Origin: Raillietiella orientalis
Taxonomy: Eukaryota
NCBI GenBank assembly: GCA_036172245.1
Contig: JAYWIR010000008.1
Span: 2,666,001 to 2,730,000 of the forward strand
DNA: 64,000 nt
Reading direction: 5' to 3'
The notes under the pieces were generated by a model. The model did no database searches, was not told where the DNA came from, and saw nothing but the letters and a program-made list of their open reading frames with translations. A program made the translations under genes and the position numbers. Of this stretch, positions 51,190-64,000 are shown one piece after another (position 1 is the first letter of the stretch; each line of letters begins with the position of its first letter).

Positions 51190-52650
51190 CATCGTTTGCG
51201 GTTCCCCTCCTCCACCCCAGCTGACATCAATGGAAGGACCGAGGATCTCCTGAGAAAAGCCCTGCGGAGCATAGGGAGGTCCAGAGTCCGACTCAAAGAC
51301 TTGCGTGCTCCACGTAAGGACGGCGGACTGGGCTTCCCTAGCTGGAGAGGATGCAGCGTCAGCTCCAACTGAGAAGACTCGCCCTCGCGGCGAGATTATG
51401 GATCACGCCCTGGTGCGCACCAGCACGGCTCCTCGCGAAGAGCGCAACCGGATGCGAGGGACTCGCATCCCTCCTCGTCGCTCGAGAGAGGTGGCTGAGG
51501 CGTTGCGGGCACCAACTCCGCCGGATGGAAAAGAACACCTGGATCTCCTGCCTCCCCGCGAACTGCTCTGCCTGTCTCCAGGAGTCCCATCTTTGCCTGG
51601 GGGAAGATCCACGGCGCGAGCGAGGCGGCGCATGCCTGCCTGCAGTGAAGCATCAAAACTCGCAAGTCGTGGGAGGAGATCGTCCGCAGCCTGCAGAAGA
51701 TGTGGTGGACCACGTCTACTCCTTTTGTCCCAGTGCTGCCCCACCTAAGGGACGCAAGGGACAGCGTAATCCCGGCAAGATGGGAAGTAAGGTGTTGCAT
51801 AGCAGCAAAAACAAAAATTCTGGGGACGTGGACAACTCGGGGAGTAAGGGAGGCTGCGACCCCAGTGTCCCACTCCACGGACTTTTACGCTGGGGAGAGC
51901 TGCTCGGCATCCCTCCAGAGGAGGTGAAGCTGTCCCCAGTGCCGAAATACAGTGCAACCCTCCCTATCGAGCGGCAGGAATTGGCGCAGCTGGTGTTGCA
52001 TTGAGGAATCCCATGCAAAGCGCGCCTTCACCACTGGACACGAGAGGGGAGGGCGTAGACGCTGAGCGAGAAAAGTGCAGGAAGAATAAGACCCTCCTGC
52101 AACTTCTGCTATCCTCCGACACATTTGGGATCGTCTAGTGACGATCCTAGGAATCCCGGCGGGCGGATCCAGGGATCTTTTCAGACTCCTTACCGTGCCT
52201 GTCGCACCACCGCTGCCGGCGGCGTCCCTTGAAGTCCTCTGCTGTCTTCGCGGGATTGCGGCGGCCTGGAACGCCAGAAGAAGAGGCCTAAATGGCAGGG
52301 ACGTCATCCATTGGGCGCAGATCTTCCCGAAGACCGCCTCGAAATGGCCTCACCTGGGCGATATACGAACGGAACTTGCCAGCATCCTGGATAGGATGCA
52401 GAGGATGCCTGGAAGCATACCGTGATCCCTTCCTCGATGATCCCCTCCTCCCTGTGTAAAATTTCCCCTCCCCTATTTTGTTTGTCTATTTTTTTTTTTT
52501 CTCTCCTCCCTTACGTTGCCGAAGAGGACCTCTCCGGTCTGAGCACCTCTCTTCGGCAGGTTCATTGCGCATAGAAGAATCACGGGATCTAACACACCAA
52601 TGTATTTTTATTGCGTTATGTAATAAATGTCCCGAGATAACCGGATGATA
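51190..52650 (+). mobile_element. L1/Tx1-like LINE family A, 5'-truncated copy
   Basis: RVRLKDLRAPRKDGGLGFPS (thumb), LH*GIPCKARL (zf-RVT), IAAAWNARR (WxxRN-like), a stop at 52425, then a T-tract, hairpin and AATAAA. Confidence 0.8.
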
Positions 52651-53139
52651 AGCATCTATTCCTCTAAAGTGGACCTGCACCTCGCTGATTTCCGGAAGAG
52701 AAGAGCCCTCACAAACACCACACCCACTAATGGTCACGAGGGGCATCAGGTCCTCTCCTCATACCCCCACCTCCTCCGGACAATTTCGTCGCAGAGCTGC
52801 CGCATGAGCCACCCGGAAACGACTCACCGCTCACCTTGTAGCAAAGTGCGCCTTGTGGTCACCAGCCGCACACGCCGGCAACCCTGCATGGTCAGGGAGG
52901 TGCTCCAGAGGCAGCCGATGCGGCAGCCACGCCCTCGAACCGCCTTCGCAGCCGACGGGACCACATCTGCGGGGTTCGATCCTGCCCGGGAGACCGCCTG
53001 CCCCTCCAGGATGCCGCGGAAGAGGTCGCGTCGTCTTCCAGGAGGGCAGAGCGTGATGGCCAAAACTGCCACCAAAGAAACAGGCAACGAGGAAAGGTCG
53101 AGAGCCTTCGCTCTGTAGGGAAGTAGCAAGCGCCTCCGC

Positions 53140-53700
53140 TTCCGTTCTGCACTCGGCGAGATGTGGACCGGGACCAGAGAGGGGAGATCTCTTCAGCTCT
53201 GGGACCCGAACTGTGCCAGGTGCGGGGAAAGGAAGACTCACCCTCATCTTCTATCGAGTGTGTTGCCCTCCGGCTCCTGTAGGAACGTCTGTATCGACGG
53301 CCCTCTGGTCCCCGTCGAGCGATCCTGGAGACTTCCTGCGGGATGCACTGCCTCTATCCACATGTCTGGCAGCTCTCTGCCTCCTGTGCGGGATGGTGAC
53401 ATCCTGGAACGCCTCAAAAAGGTGATAAAATGGACGTCGTCGACTGGGCAAAAACCTCATGAGGATCGCTGCAGGATGATCTTACCTGGACGACGACAAA
53501 ACGCAACGAACTCGCCAACAAGCTGGACAGGATGTTGAGGCTGCATGGCAGCGAACAAAGTAATCCCTCATCCGAAAAAAAACAACTCCCCCGTCCTCTT
53601 TTTTCTGTTTCGGGGTTTACCCCTTCCTCCCTCGCCGCCGAAGCGGCAGGGGGAAGGAGTACACCCCGAAACTGCTCGCTACTCGGCAGGTTCCATGTTC
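53140..53700 (+). mobile_element. LINE family A-related 3' fragment
   Basis: PNCARCGERKTHPHL (CCHC remnant), RNELANKLDRMLRLHGS, and a hairpin ending CTCGGCAGGTTC. Confidence 0.65.
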
Positions 53701-53749
53701 CCCTCCCCCTTCCCCCTACGAATCCTCGAACAGAAAGACTTGGCCTCAG

Positions 53750-56700
53750 AAGATGGCGGTGTGGTGTCTGCTCTACCGAGCACAGAGCTCCGGTCGTCTG
53801 GAGGCGACGACCTGGCACCTCCACGTTCGCTGTGCAGAATGCTGGATACGATCCGGATGACGGAAGCGAGCGCTGCCCGAGAAGGTGTTTTCTGTTTTCC
53901 GGGGCTCGACGGCGGCGGCGTGGACCCGTCCCTTGGGAACGGAAGGAACGCTCTGGACGCGCCTGATCTGCCCTCCAGACGCTGGAGGTGCGTCGTCGTC
54001 GCTGCTCTCGACTAGGACGGACTCCCCCTCGTAGGGGTTCGCGCGCAACCAGGCAGATGCCTCGCTCCTCTGGTCTCTCGACCCAGGATGCGTGCCAGTT
54101 GCCCGAACCTGCATTCTGAACGGGACGTTTCCACAGCAACGACCGTTCCGCAGACTCTTCCGGACCTGCCTCGCGATGGCCTAGCGTCTTCGAGGCGAAG
54201 CTTCCGCCCCCCTCGCTGAGTCTCCGACGCGGAAGACGGTATTGCGTGTCGGTAGGAACCGGGAAGTCCACGGGAACCTTCTAGAAAGAAATCCGGCGAG
54301 TTACAGAAGTTCCATATACCGAGAAAGCCGCGGCATGCCCACGGACTCCGAGGCGGAGATCCCGTAGCAGATGGTGCAACCGAAGTTCCTGAGGGTTTCT
54401 GTCTGCCTCCGCCCCGGCACAGTCCCCGCGGGCTTGGAGTGCTGCCACGTCTTCGGCTCGATGCGCTCTCCAGGAGAAGCCTGCTGAACGCGAGCTCAGT
54501 GGGTGCGGCGGAAGGCCAAGGCCACTCCCTCCACCAGGAGGTACTCCAAGAGGTGGGAAAAGCCAGCGAGGTCCAGGAGCCCGAAGACCTGGAAGATGGG
54601 CTTGCACGACAGGCGGAGGTCAGGGCGAGCAGGGTCGGGCGGGCGTGTCACGAGGGCAGGAGGCGCGCAGGGAGCCACAGCCTGCTGTGCCGACCGGAGT
54701 GTGCACCTCGGTCGCCACTGCGAAGCCGAGTCCCAAGACCAAGCCGGGGTCCGTGCAGCCTCAGCTGCCTGAAGCCTCCATCAATCCGAACCACGGGCTT
54801 GGGCAGCCGGGCAGCCGCAGCGCGCCCGAGAGATCGGATGGGCACCAGCAAGAGCTGATCCTGTTCAAGGTGTTCCCCGTCCGCAGGTGGTGTGCTGCTC
54901 CATCGGAGGCGCACGTCATCTCCTTCCTATGCGTTCGACGAGGCCACCCAAGTGGATTGGCGGCGGCTCCACTGGCCCACTTGGACGGGACAGGGACCAT
55001 TCCGTGAGCAGACGAGTTTGCTTTGCCCGGGGATCGGCCGAGCGGCGGCTGTGTATCCTGGTCCCGGTACAGCTCACCCGGTGGCAGTAGGACTTGCCAC
55101 TGCTCCCTGCGCCAGTGGGGCGTGCGCTGTGGAGGACAACGCTGGATGGTTTTCGAGTGTTTTCTGAAACGCAGTTGCCCAGACTGCTGCGCCATCCGGT
55201 GATCAAGGGACGGAGGGTCCGACCAACTGCGCCTCTCTCGGTGGCCTTGGGCATCTGCAGGCGGGCAGAAGGCGCAGGTCTTTGCTTTCCGACCAACCCC
55301 TCTTCGCGTCGGACCTGACCTCCCGGCAGGACCGTCGGACCTGCCGGGAGGTCAGACGGTCCCCCAAAAGGGAGACCGCGGAGGACGTCGATGGATTGAC
55401 CGGAACACGTGTTCTCGAGAGACCTGACCGTGAGACCGTTCCCGAGAACTCTAGGATTGGGGCCAGTCCAAGACCTCCGCCGTCCGAGCTCTTCGCCTCG
55501 CTTTTCTCCTCCGTATGCTGCCTCGGAGTCTTGGTTGGGGAGTAAGGAGTATCCGTGCGTGCGTCCTGGTGCGCCAAACCTGTGGTCGTCTCGTCCCAAC
55601 AGGGCCGGAAGGGTGCAAGGCGTGGGACGGGCACCAAACCTAGCAGTCCAGGACGGGTCGTCTCTTGGATGCGCGCAGCAAGGAGAGTTAGGGTTCTGAG
55701 AAGTTTTCCGGCGGAGGGTCTCTGCACCTCCCGGCATGCGGCGACACTTCCCGACAGTGCTGCTTCGTAGCCGTTGCCAGAGAACGATCCCGGACGTTAG
55801 TCTCCAACGCATCCCTCTCCAGGAAGGTCATCGTCTCCGCGGTCGGAGAACTCGAAGGATAGGAAGCGCGCCAGGGGAGCGCAGTCACCACGCGGAGCGT
55901 TTTGAGCGCTTCGAGGAAGAGCTCAGCCCACTGATGCCAAGGGCGGCCAGAAAGGTCCACCCGGTTCCGCTATGAAAGAGAGCGCCTCCTCCCTCGAGGA
56001 GGAGGCGAACGCAGTCCGAATATCTGTAGCTCAGCCGCCTTGATGAACGCGGACTTCGGGTTGTCCTCGGAGCTGTGAACCCGCGCGACCGAGGCCACTT
56101 ATCGGCTCGCTGGTCAGCCTGGTGCAGGCGTAGGCTGTTGCCCCCGCGTGGCAGCACGGGGACCAGACGCAAAGTCTGGTTTCAGCTGCGACAAGAGCGC
56201 GGAAAAAGACCGACAGGTTCCACAGTGGAGTCCAATCACCTCGGTGAACAAGGGAGAGTTGACCTTCGCGCTGCGGATGCTGCTGACAAAGGTCCAGAAG
56301 GCTGTACCCATCATCAACCAGGAACCGTACGACACTGCTCCAGGAGAGAGCACGGAAGCCCAACAATCTCTTCCTACGTGCCTCTAGCTCAGCCAACAGG
56401 AGCAAAAGACACAAAGAGTGAAATGCGAAAGAAAGGATGTGGTCGCAGATCTGGGGATGAGCTTTCGACTGCATAAAGAAGGAACCCTCGCCGCAGTTGA
56501 TGGAAGGCCTCAGACTTGTCCCGACATCCCAACTTCCTCTGCGGACATTCCTTTCGGCGGTTGTCTCAAGAGTGGCGGCTCTCAGTTGAGGCGTAGGACC
56601 ATCCAGGAGGTAACTCTGTGCCACCGGTTCTAATCTGAGGTAACGAAGCGCTCTGGTCCGCCTTCCATTCATTCTATCCTTCACGGGTTCGGCGGGAGAG

Positions 56701-58380
56701 TATGCTGAGGATTTGCTCCCGCAGATTTTGAGCCCCACTCTCAGCTCTGAGTAAGCAGCCTCCCTGCTCGGCTGGAACTTCCTTCCCTTTCGTAGTCTCC
56801 CCCGCCCGCTCTCCCTAGAAGTCACACCGTTGGCTGCCACTAATGTTTCCGAGGTCTTGAGAGATGGAAAATAATGCTGTACTGTTTTCCTCCGTCAGAA
56901 AGCACGGGATCTCCCGAGGCCCCGATCCCGCTTGCACTTGCGAGAGGCATCCCTCTCGAAAAGCCCGCAAGCAGAGGGAGGCCTGGTTCTCTCTTCCCGC
57001 GCCACGGAAGGCAGCCAGGGTCATTTAAATTGCCTCCTCTTCCGGTCGCGGAACTGCGAGAGAGGACCACCGCTTGTTGGGTAGATCTCCTGTCATCCCA
57101 GCAACATTACAATTCGGCGACCGTAAACATCCTTTTCGACACGGAGCCAAGCGCGATGTACCCTCAGAAACCTTGGAAAGAAAGATTCTTTTGCTCCCAA
57201 AGCTCTTTGAGGACGAGTTTGCCTCGACTGCGCGTCCGTGCAGTGCGTGGCTGACGTCCCAGGAAGCCTCCGGACAAAACATGGAAACGGAGTGGCCTTG
57301 TGGCAATCAGCCGCGAATCCTCAGGAGCCGCGAGACCTGTCTCTACCGAGATCTGCAGAAGCGACCGCGAAGGACCACGGAGACAAGGAGAACGCTTTCA
57401 AGAAGCCCAAGAAACCAATCACACGATTCATTGGATTACTCCCAGAGTAAGGCTGCACCTCGCACCTGGAGCGCGAGAGCGTTGCTGCTTCTCTTCGTCC
57501 GCCAGACGAGATTCTCCCGAAGCAAGGGACGCCGGCATTACTCAGGAAACTTCTTGCCCGGAACCAAATGTAGTGCTGTGACCCGAGTCTCTCCTGCTGG
57601 AAGCGCAGACGATGGATTATCTCGGTGAGAGCCCCCTCATGACTCGACGGAACACCCTTTCGTCACTCCAGGGCTGCTCGCGCTGTTCAGGTTGTGCGCT
57701 ATCGTGGATGAAGCGTCTTCGTAGGAGAGCTCGGGCGTTCCAGGCATCGCTAGCGTCAAAATGACCCTCGACTCATTCCAGGTGGGAGAGTGCGGCCTAG
57801 CACTCCTCCTTTCTTTCCTGCTGCCCCCACGAACGCAGTGCGGTCCACCCGTTCCCTCCATCTTCATTCTTGTTGATGCGCAGCTGCCATCTTCCTTCCC
57901 TCTAGATTCAAGAACTTCCGGGTCTCCTCCACCTGTGCGATTTTGCCTCCGCTACATCTACGGACTTTTCCGGAGAAATCAAGCGGAGAAATCCCAAAAT
58001 GGGAGGCTAGAAGCGAACACCAGGTACTCGAGATGCTGCGTGGAAACCAGGTCCAAGAGAAGCATCTTCATCCCTGCACGATACCGTTTCCATGCCGAGG
58101 ACGGATCACTTCCACAGGGCGAGAATCCCCCCGCTGTGTGGACTCCACACGGAGAGGGCCTGCAAGGAAATTCTTGCCTCGTACCACCTGTTCCTGATTT
58201 GCAAGGTCGTCCCTCAGTGAAAGAAAAAGCTCCTGGATCCCAAAGAACATGATCAGAGGGATCACTTCTCCATCCTCTTCATCATCACTTCTCCTGTGCG
58301 CAAAAGTTCGGAACAGGCTGAAGACTCTGATCGGTGACTCCAGCACAAAGGAAGCTCCCAACGAGATCCAGAATAATAAA
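53750..58380 (+). mobile_element. Near full-length, heavily decayed Tx1/L1-like LINE (ORF1 knuckle, APE, RT, zinc finger)
   Basis: In order: QPKFLRVSVCLRPG (ORF1 knuckle, ~54380), YPCVRPG..SRPNR (APE-like, ~55550), WSPITSVN..KVQKAVPIINQEPYDTAPGEST (RT domains 1-2, ~56220), RRTIQEVTLC (~56600), a Cys remnant at ~58130 and AATAAA at 58375. Confidence 0.55.
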
Positions 58381-59168
58381 TCAAGATTGATACAAGAGAA
58401 ATGCTGTACACGAAAACATGGATATTAGGAAATCAAACCCTGAAGCCATGTAAAACCGGGAAAAGAATCCAAGAAATGCTTTCATAACAAATAAGTCGAG
58501 CTTTATTCTTACTGACTTTCTTGGACGGGGTTTGGGTACAGCAAGGTGCAGAAACGACAGAAGGAAGGTACGCCGAATATTACTCGTTCGAAACACGATG
58601 CTTTCTCTAATGCAGCTTTTTTTAGGATGTCTATACACTCGTTCTGCAAGTACACAGGTGGTGATTTTTAAAACCTTGTGCTTAAAGGTCCTTGGTTCGT
58701 TCCCCTGCACAGAAGTCCTCCACACCAGTGTCCACGCAAACACTGTGGCACAACCACCATCACGCGCAACACGCCATCGGAGTGGTTTTCCAGTTTTGCA
58801 GCAGCTTCGCCTCGAATGCGGCTCGCAAGTCCGAGCTGCTAAGAGCGATCTTTCTGACCACGGTGGAACGTTTGCTGCCTCAGCTGCCCACGACTTGGGC
58901 CACAAGCAGAAGAGAAAGAAAGGAAACTGTAAAAAATTACCCAGAAAACTCCACTTCCTTCCGCAGAACTCCTCGCGGCACGTCGAGCTATTCGGAGTGC
59001 GATCGGCAGACTAGCTGTCAGCAGCGCAGGGTCCACCGCCGCTGATCGCCAGCCTCCTCCTCCCGAATGGAAACTTCTCAAAAGAAACCCAACAGGGAGT
59101 TTCCTCAACGCCCGCGTTCCGTTTCGAGCAAACCTCAAGCACCAAAATTCGATCAAGTACCAACGTAG

Positions 59169-59174
59169 TTTATT
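59169..59174 (-). promoter_or_regulatory. Likely SCAI polyadenylation signal
   Basis: AATAAA on the minus strand about 185 nt past the stop. Confidence 0.5.
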
Positions 59175-59358
59175 CTTAAAACTGACATGACTGTTTGTCT
59201 GACATAAGAAAGGATACCATATCGGTGCATTATGAAACACTGTAGAACGATATTAGCCATCGTGGAATGTGGAAACGTGAGTGAAGTGCACTGCCACAGT
59301 GCTGGATTGAGAGAACAATTAAAGCTATTACGACTAGATGAGTCTCCAGAAGAAATTT

Positions 59359-61440
59359 TCAATCTGTTTCACCCGGTTCATAGAACTGGCCGCGTACATC
59401 CAAAACGCCAGCAAGATCAAGGACGAAACGCTGAAGAGTTGGATGGTCCAGGACGTCTAGCTCTGGAATCAAGGGTGACGACGACGGGTAATACTGGGGG
59501 CCCTTCACAAAAATCACATGAGGCACTTTTCGACCAAAACTTCCAATGGACTCACTTTGAACTGCCTGTGCAGGCGTAAGGTGATGTAGCAGAAGACGAA
59601 TCTCAGGATCAGTAGAGACAGGAAATCATCCCCTAGCAGTTGCGAAATGGACACATCTATCCTTGAGTTGTTGCGTGCCAGGAAAAGGGACCTGGACTCA
59701 CCCAGATTCTTGGACTGACTAATCAAACCGAATGCTTCCATCATGAACCGATCCAGAAGCACGACACACTTCTCCCAGATTGGCAGCTGAATCTCGCTGA
59801 CGCCACAGACGAAAGACAGGGCCGAGATCGGGTTGTGCAGGAACCAAGTGAACAAACTGCCTTTCTGCTGATGTCCTGGGTGCAGGATGCTCTCTAAACA
59901 ATGAGCCGTGGAAATGATTACCTTGGAAACAAAGAGGTACATCTCCGGGGGACAACAGCACGACAAGAGGTTGGCCAAAATGGCACGGCATGTGTTGAAA
60001 CACAAGACTGTTGTCGGAATCCACGATGAGAAACAAAGGCTTGCGGGTGAAAGCATACAAGTCGCCAGGATACAAACTGCAACATCCACATCGTCATACT
60101 TTGCTGTATCTCCTGATGCATACCAATGCGACTCCTTCAGCTGCAGCTGTGACCTTCTATTAGGTTCAGTATCCTGCTTGGTGCTACTCGTGGTCATGAC
60201 ACCTCCGAAATCGTATGCAGCTGAAAAAAATTCGCATCGAGGAAGCACGTCACACTGCTGACCAGAGTTCACCAAAGATATCTGGGTTTACTGACGGAAA
60301 TTTCGACGTTCGAGAGCGGAATCTTGTACGACTTTCACGGTACATTTTTACACGATCATTTCCTATACTAGGTTACTGGGCTTGTTATCATTGCAGCTGT
60401 AAGCATCAATACTTTCAAACACGAAAGCAACTTTCAAACACGAAGTGAACACGGGCGATACGTACGATCGTCAGGATGCTTGATGTCCGAATACACACCA
60501 TCCGCTGAGATGTACAGAAGGAGAACTCCGTTCGCACTCAGTTCTCTGAACCCTGATGACAATAGAGATTTGCAGTTTCTGGAAAGTTTTACCAGAAGCG
60601 AGTATCATCAGCAGCTGGATGAAAGTTGGTTTGTACAAGAGGTATTTGTGTGGGTTCTCTCTCCTGTTAGACCGCTTCAGAACATCGTTATCCTGCAACA
60701 CACCTATACACTTTGCAGCAGACTGCACGTACTTACCAGATTAATGCCTTTGGCCGCGGGCGATAAATCATGGGAAGACAGGTTGCTCTCCTGTGGCTCC
60801 CTTTCCAGCGTCTGCAACATTCTGTACATGTCTAAGGTCAGCTCACTGAATCGGATCTGATGAACACACTTTGTAGGAAAAATGTTACACGGGAAAACAA
60901 CATTTACTCCACCTGGTCACTGCTGCTACCTACGATCAGTGCCTCTTGCAGGCTTAATACTGAAGTCTGCTTCTCCATAAACAAAAGGCTATCTGGATTC
61001 AATCTAACATCATCAATTTGTATCCATTAAAATGGAAAACAGCTGTACCTTTGGGATAAAACAATCGCATTAGACTGGTCATCAATCACATTGACAGTAC
61101 TATCAGCTTCAATGAACATTTTGATTTCTTCCAGAACCATGGTCCATTCAAGTTTGTCCTCCGGGGCATATCCGGCGGTGTAATCATCCACGTGCTTCTC
61201 CAATTCCTTGAGGGTACGCCGTTAAGCATCAGCGCGTTAGTCGGATGTTTCTTACTCGAAGCAAATCCCGGGCCAACTTCATCTTTTTCAGCAAAAGGCA
61301 AACCACAATGAATCTGGCGCAGTAACGTAACTTCTTCACTATCAAGTCGGGCCTAGCGAATACAGAACATGCATTCATCTGCAAAGAGTGCGTGAACGCC
61401 TGACCTGTCCTCCTTCGTGACCAGAGAGTAATATGCACGG
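59359..61440 (-). CDS. SCAI: SCAI (suppressor of cancer cell invasion) homolog; 5' exons not found in this window
   Basis: Spliced exons give RAYYSLVTKEDRPDLIVKKLRYCARFIVVCLLL, IRFSELTLDMYRMLQTLEREP, RRENPHKYLLYKPTF, YDFGGV, HCLYPGDLYAFTRKPLFLIVDS, GSLFTWFLHNP and LDVRGQFYEPGETD*. Most introns are 40-56 nt. Confidence 0.95.
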
Positions 61441-64000
61441 CTACGAATGGCAAAATAAAACGAAAATGCTTCGTTCAAGTAGTTGGTCTCACTGGTTTTC
61501 AAGCTATAAAAAAAAAGAAAAAAAGGGGGGGAAAGTATGCATACACCGCCATTTCATTCCCCTCTGCCCCCCTCCCTCTCTCTCTCTCTCTCCAAGACCA
61601 CCACCACAGGTCCTCGAACACCACCGCTCCGATTTGCAAGTTTCGTTCTGATTCGGGCGTTTCGAAACGATGACGCTTTGCGAGCAGCGGAAAACTTTAT
61701 CCCCCAACACCTCGGCTCGCAACTTACAGCTCGGGTCTTCAGAAATGAAGGGAACCCCATCGAGCCCGGGGCTGTGAGACCTCGGTCAAGTGTGCGATTT
61801 TCAAAAGGTCGCAGTTCCTTCGCGGGAATCCACAGCCCGCGCTTTCCCTGGAGATATTTTCCATGAGGCTATCGCAGCTATTCGGAGCCGATGGCAATTG
61901 GGAAGGCCCGAGCAGCAGAGCGGCACGACCTACCACGACGCGGACACGCCTTCCCGAGCGATGAGGAGGAAGACGCACTTCGAAACAACGCGGATAGCAC
62001 AGTGGCACGACTTTTCGAGTGCTGCTGCAATCTGAAGGACGTGTGACAGAATGTCCAGCACGACATCTCTCGCCAGGCACGATTTTCTCAAAAACAACAT
62101 CTCCGTGATCCTGGATCTGCAGGTTTCTCGCTGCAGATTTCTTGTCGCTTCACAACTCTTCGGCAGCTTTCCGATGACATCCGATCAACCGGTGCAGCTC
62201 TTCGCGACATGCGGAAAATTTCGACAGGGAAAAGGGGTGCGCAGGATTTCTGGCCGCGAAGGAATGGGTGCAGGTCCAGCTTACAATCGAGGCGGGTGCG
62301 AATGCTGTGGAAAGATGAAAACGGAGACACCGTTGAACCAGCGTAAACAAATGAAATGCTACCCCCACGACCCCGGGTCAAACGATGGTTCCTATTTTCC
62401 TGTCCTGCTAGCGAGGAAAGCTGAAAACCGTTTGACGAGAGCACCAAAAAGATCCCTCCTTCAACCAGAGGTCGAGTGGACAACACGCTGCCCTTCGGAA
62501 ACGCTTTCGAAGTGAATTTCGGCGCGCGAGTTGCTCACCGAAATGACTTTTGACAGGCGATGGCCAAGTGCAAAGACACGCTTGCTATTGGCACTTCTTG
62601 CGTGCTGCCAGAAAGGAAACCTGGATAAGCCGAACGCAAAATTAGATTCCCGCTTAGAAGAACTTCTTCGACGAAGAGTCCTTCCGCCCAAAATCAACAA
62701 CCAAGCGAAGAGTTCTTTGACCATCAACGGAAAACGGTGAAGCACGAACGTGCCGTCGGCTTCCGATTCCGAAGTCTGGTCCGATCATTTTGTTTCACAT
62801 TTTCTTAGAAACCGGAACCGACTTGTGAGGTTTTCGTCACAAGGACCAGAATGCAATGAGCAGGGAAACAGTCGTGGAAGGTTTCTGCCACTTTATCTGC
62901 ATCAAGTCGTGACGGAATCCCAGATGAAACCGCTCAATCATCTGGGGCATTCCTCATGGTTGCTGAACAGCCATTTCAAGGTGCTACCCTGATCGAAGGT
63001 AGCAATGGGTAGACCGCAACCCACCTTGGGATCGCACAAGCCAAAACGACGCAGAAAGGCATTGAGTCGGAGCTTGGAACGGAGTAGCTTTTCTTTTTTT
63101 TCTTTTTTTTTTTTTTTTACTTTTTAATCACTACAGTTAATCGTGATAATGCTTTCCTTAATGGTCAAATGAGGAGGCGATCATCGGGAAATATCAAAAC
63201 ACTGAGCGATTACCTAGGATTCCCGTATCCGACAAGTTCAACTATCATCATCATCATCATCTTTCACTTCTGTTGGGCGCCGTTTCTACGTTTCCGAGAA
63301 GCCTTTGAAGTGGCACTGCCAACCTTTGAAGGAGTGATTTGGGGCTGTGAAACATTCACCGGTCCAAGACCGACTACGACAGTGCTGGAGCTTCTCAAAA
63401 GCAGAGAGGTCAACTTCTCAATGCTCAACCATTCACCTGTCCTCGTGCTATTCTCGACACTTTCACTGAAAGATCGGTGGATCCTTAAAGGACGAGACGA
63501 GCCAAATGATGCACGGTTCCCGAGCCACGGAAACGCACGCATCAACGCCAAAGGGTCTGCGCACACATGGCGCCGAGCACGCTTAGGCAAGCCCTTCATG
63601 TTTTAAAAACAAGCAGCTTTTTCGATAAGAATATGAGCTGTGAAATTACCGCGCGGTCTTGGAATTGATCTTGAACGAACAGCCACGCAGTACCAAACCG
63701 TTCCATACGAAATCCACGACTGCTGAAAACTGTGTATCCGCCAGAATGTGTTTGAAATTGCGCGGACAAATCGAGCCGAGCAGCCCATCTTTACAAAGGG
63801 ACGTACAAAACAAAACCTACATAGAACATGATCCCCGTTGCAAAGATGCATCGCCTGGAAACGGATAATTCATTTTACATCTTCGTGATGTGCGTTGTGA
63901 CCACGGAAGTGCACTCTCTTCTGCCGGGATCCTCCTACACGGGTGTTACTGATGTGCTCCAGATCTCGCAACGCTACTGGTACCGGGTGCTCACAAACAA

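Noticed and set aside
50340..52650. Composite element made of the tRNA-headed repeat plus a LINE tail (mirrored at 42950-40270)
   Set aside because: The junctions and LINE truncation points differ between the two cases, and the other repeat copies are not followed by the LINE.
59364..59397. 34-nt terminal intron in SCAI
   Set aside because: The unspliced read-through DVRGQFYEPGETD* fits the known SCAI C-terminus better.
61441..64000. 5' exons of SCAI or a nested gene
   Set aside because: I found no recognisable SCAI N-terminal motifs or other domain, so I treat this as intron.

Overview
This is eukaryotic DNA, probably from an arthropod-like invertebrate (inferred from gene families; the taxon cannot be determined here). 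Most long ORFs in the supplied track are GC-rich artefacts; the real genes are spliced, often with 40-60 nt introns. I reconstructed six protein genes by hand: a DEG/ENaC (pickpocket-like) channel, an intronless two-pore K+ channel, NKAIN, OSTC/DC2, a CCDC151/ODAD3-like outer-dynein-arm docking gene, and the 3' part of SCAI. GC-rich blocks (about 1-20 kb and 35.5-58 kb) are packed with decayed non-LTR retrotransposons, mostly L1/Tx1-like, plus one NeSL/Utopia-type endonuclease fragment. They flank an AT-rich, CpG-poor block that holds NKAIN and OSTC. The most unusual signals are: (1) a ~750-nt tRNA-headed repeat family (7 copies or fragments) whose body is an array of ~40-nt hairpin units; (2) a conserved 3'UTR stem-loop shared by divergent LINE copies; (3) a recent ~1.07-kb inverted duplicate of the CCDC151-like gene. 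No database searches or folding programs were run, and family calls rest on remembered motifs.
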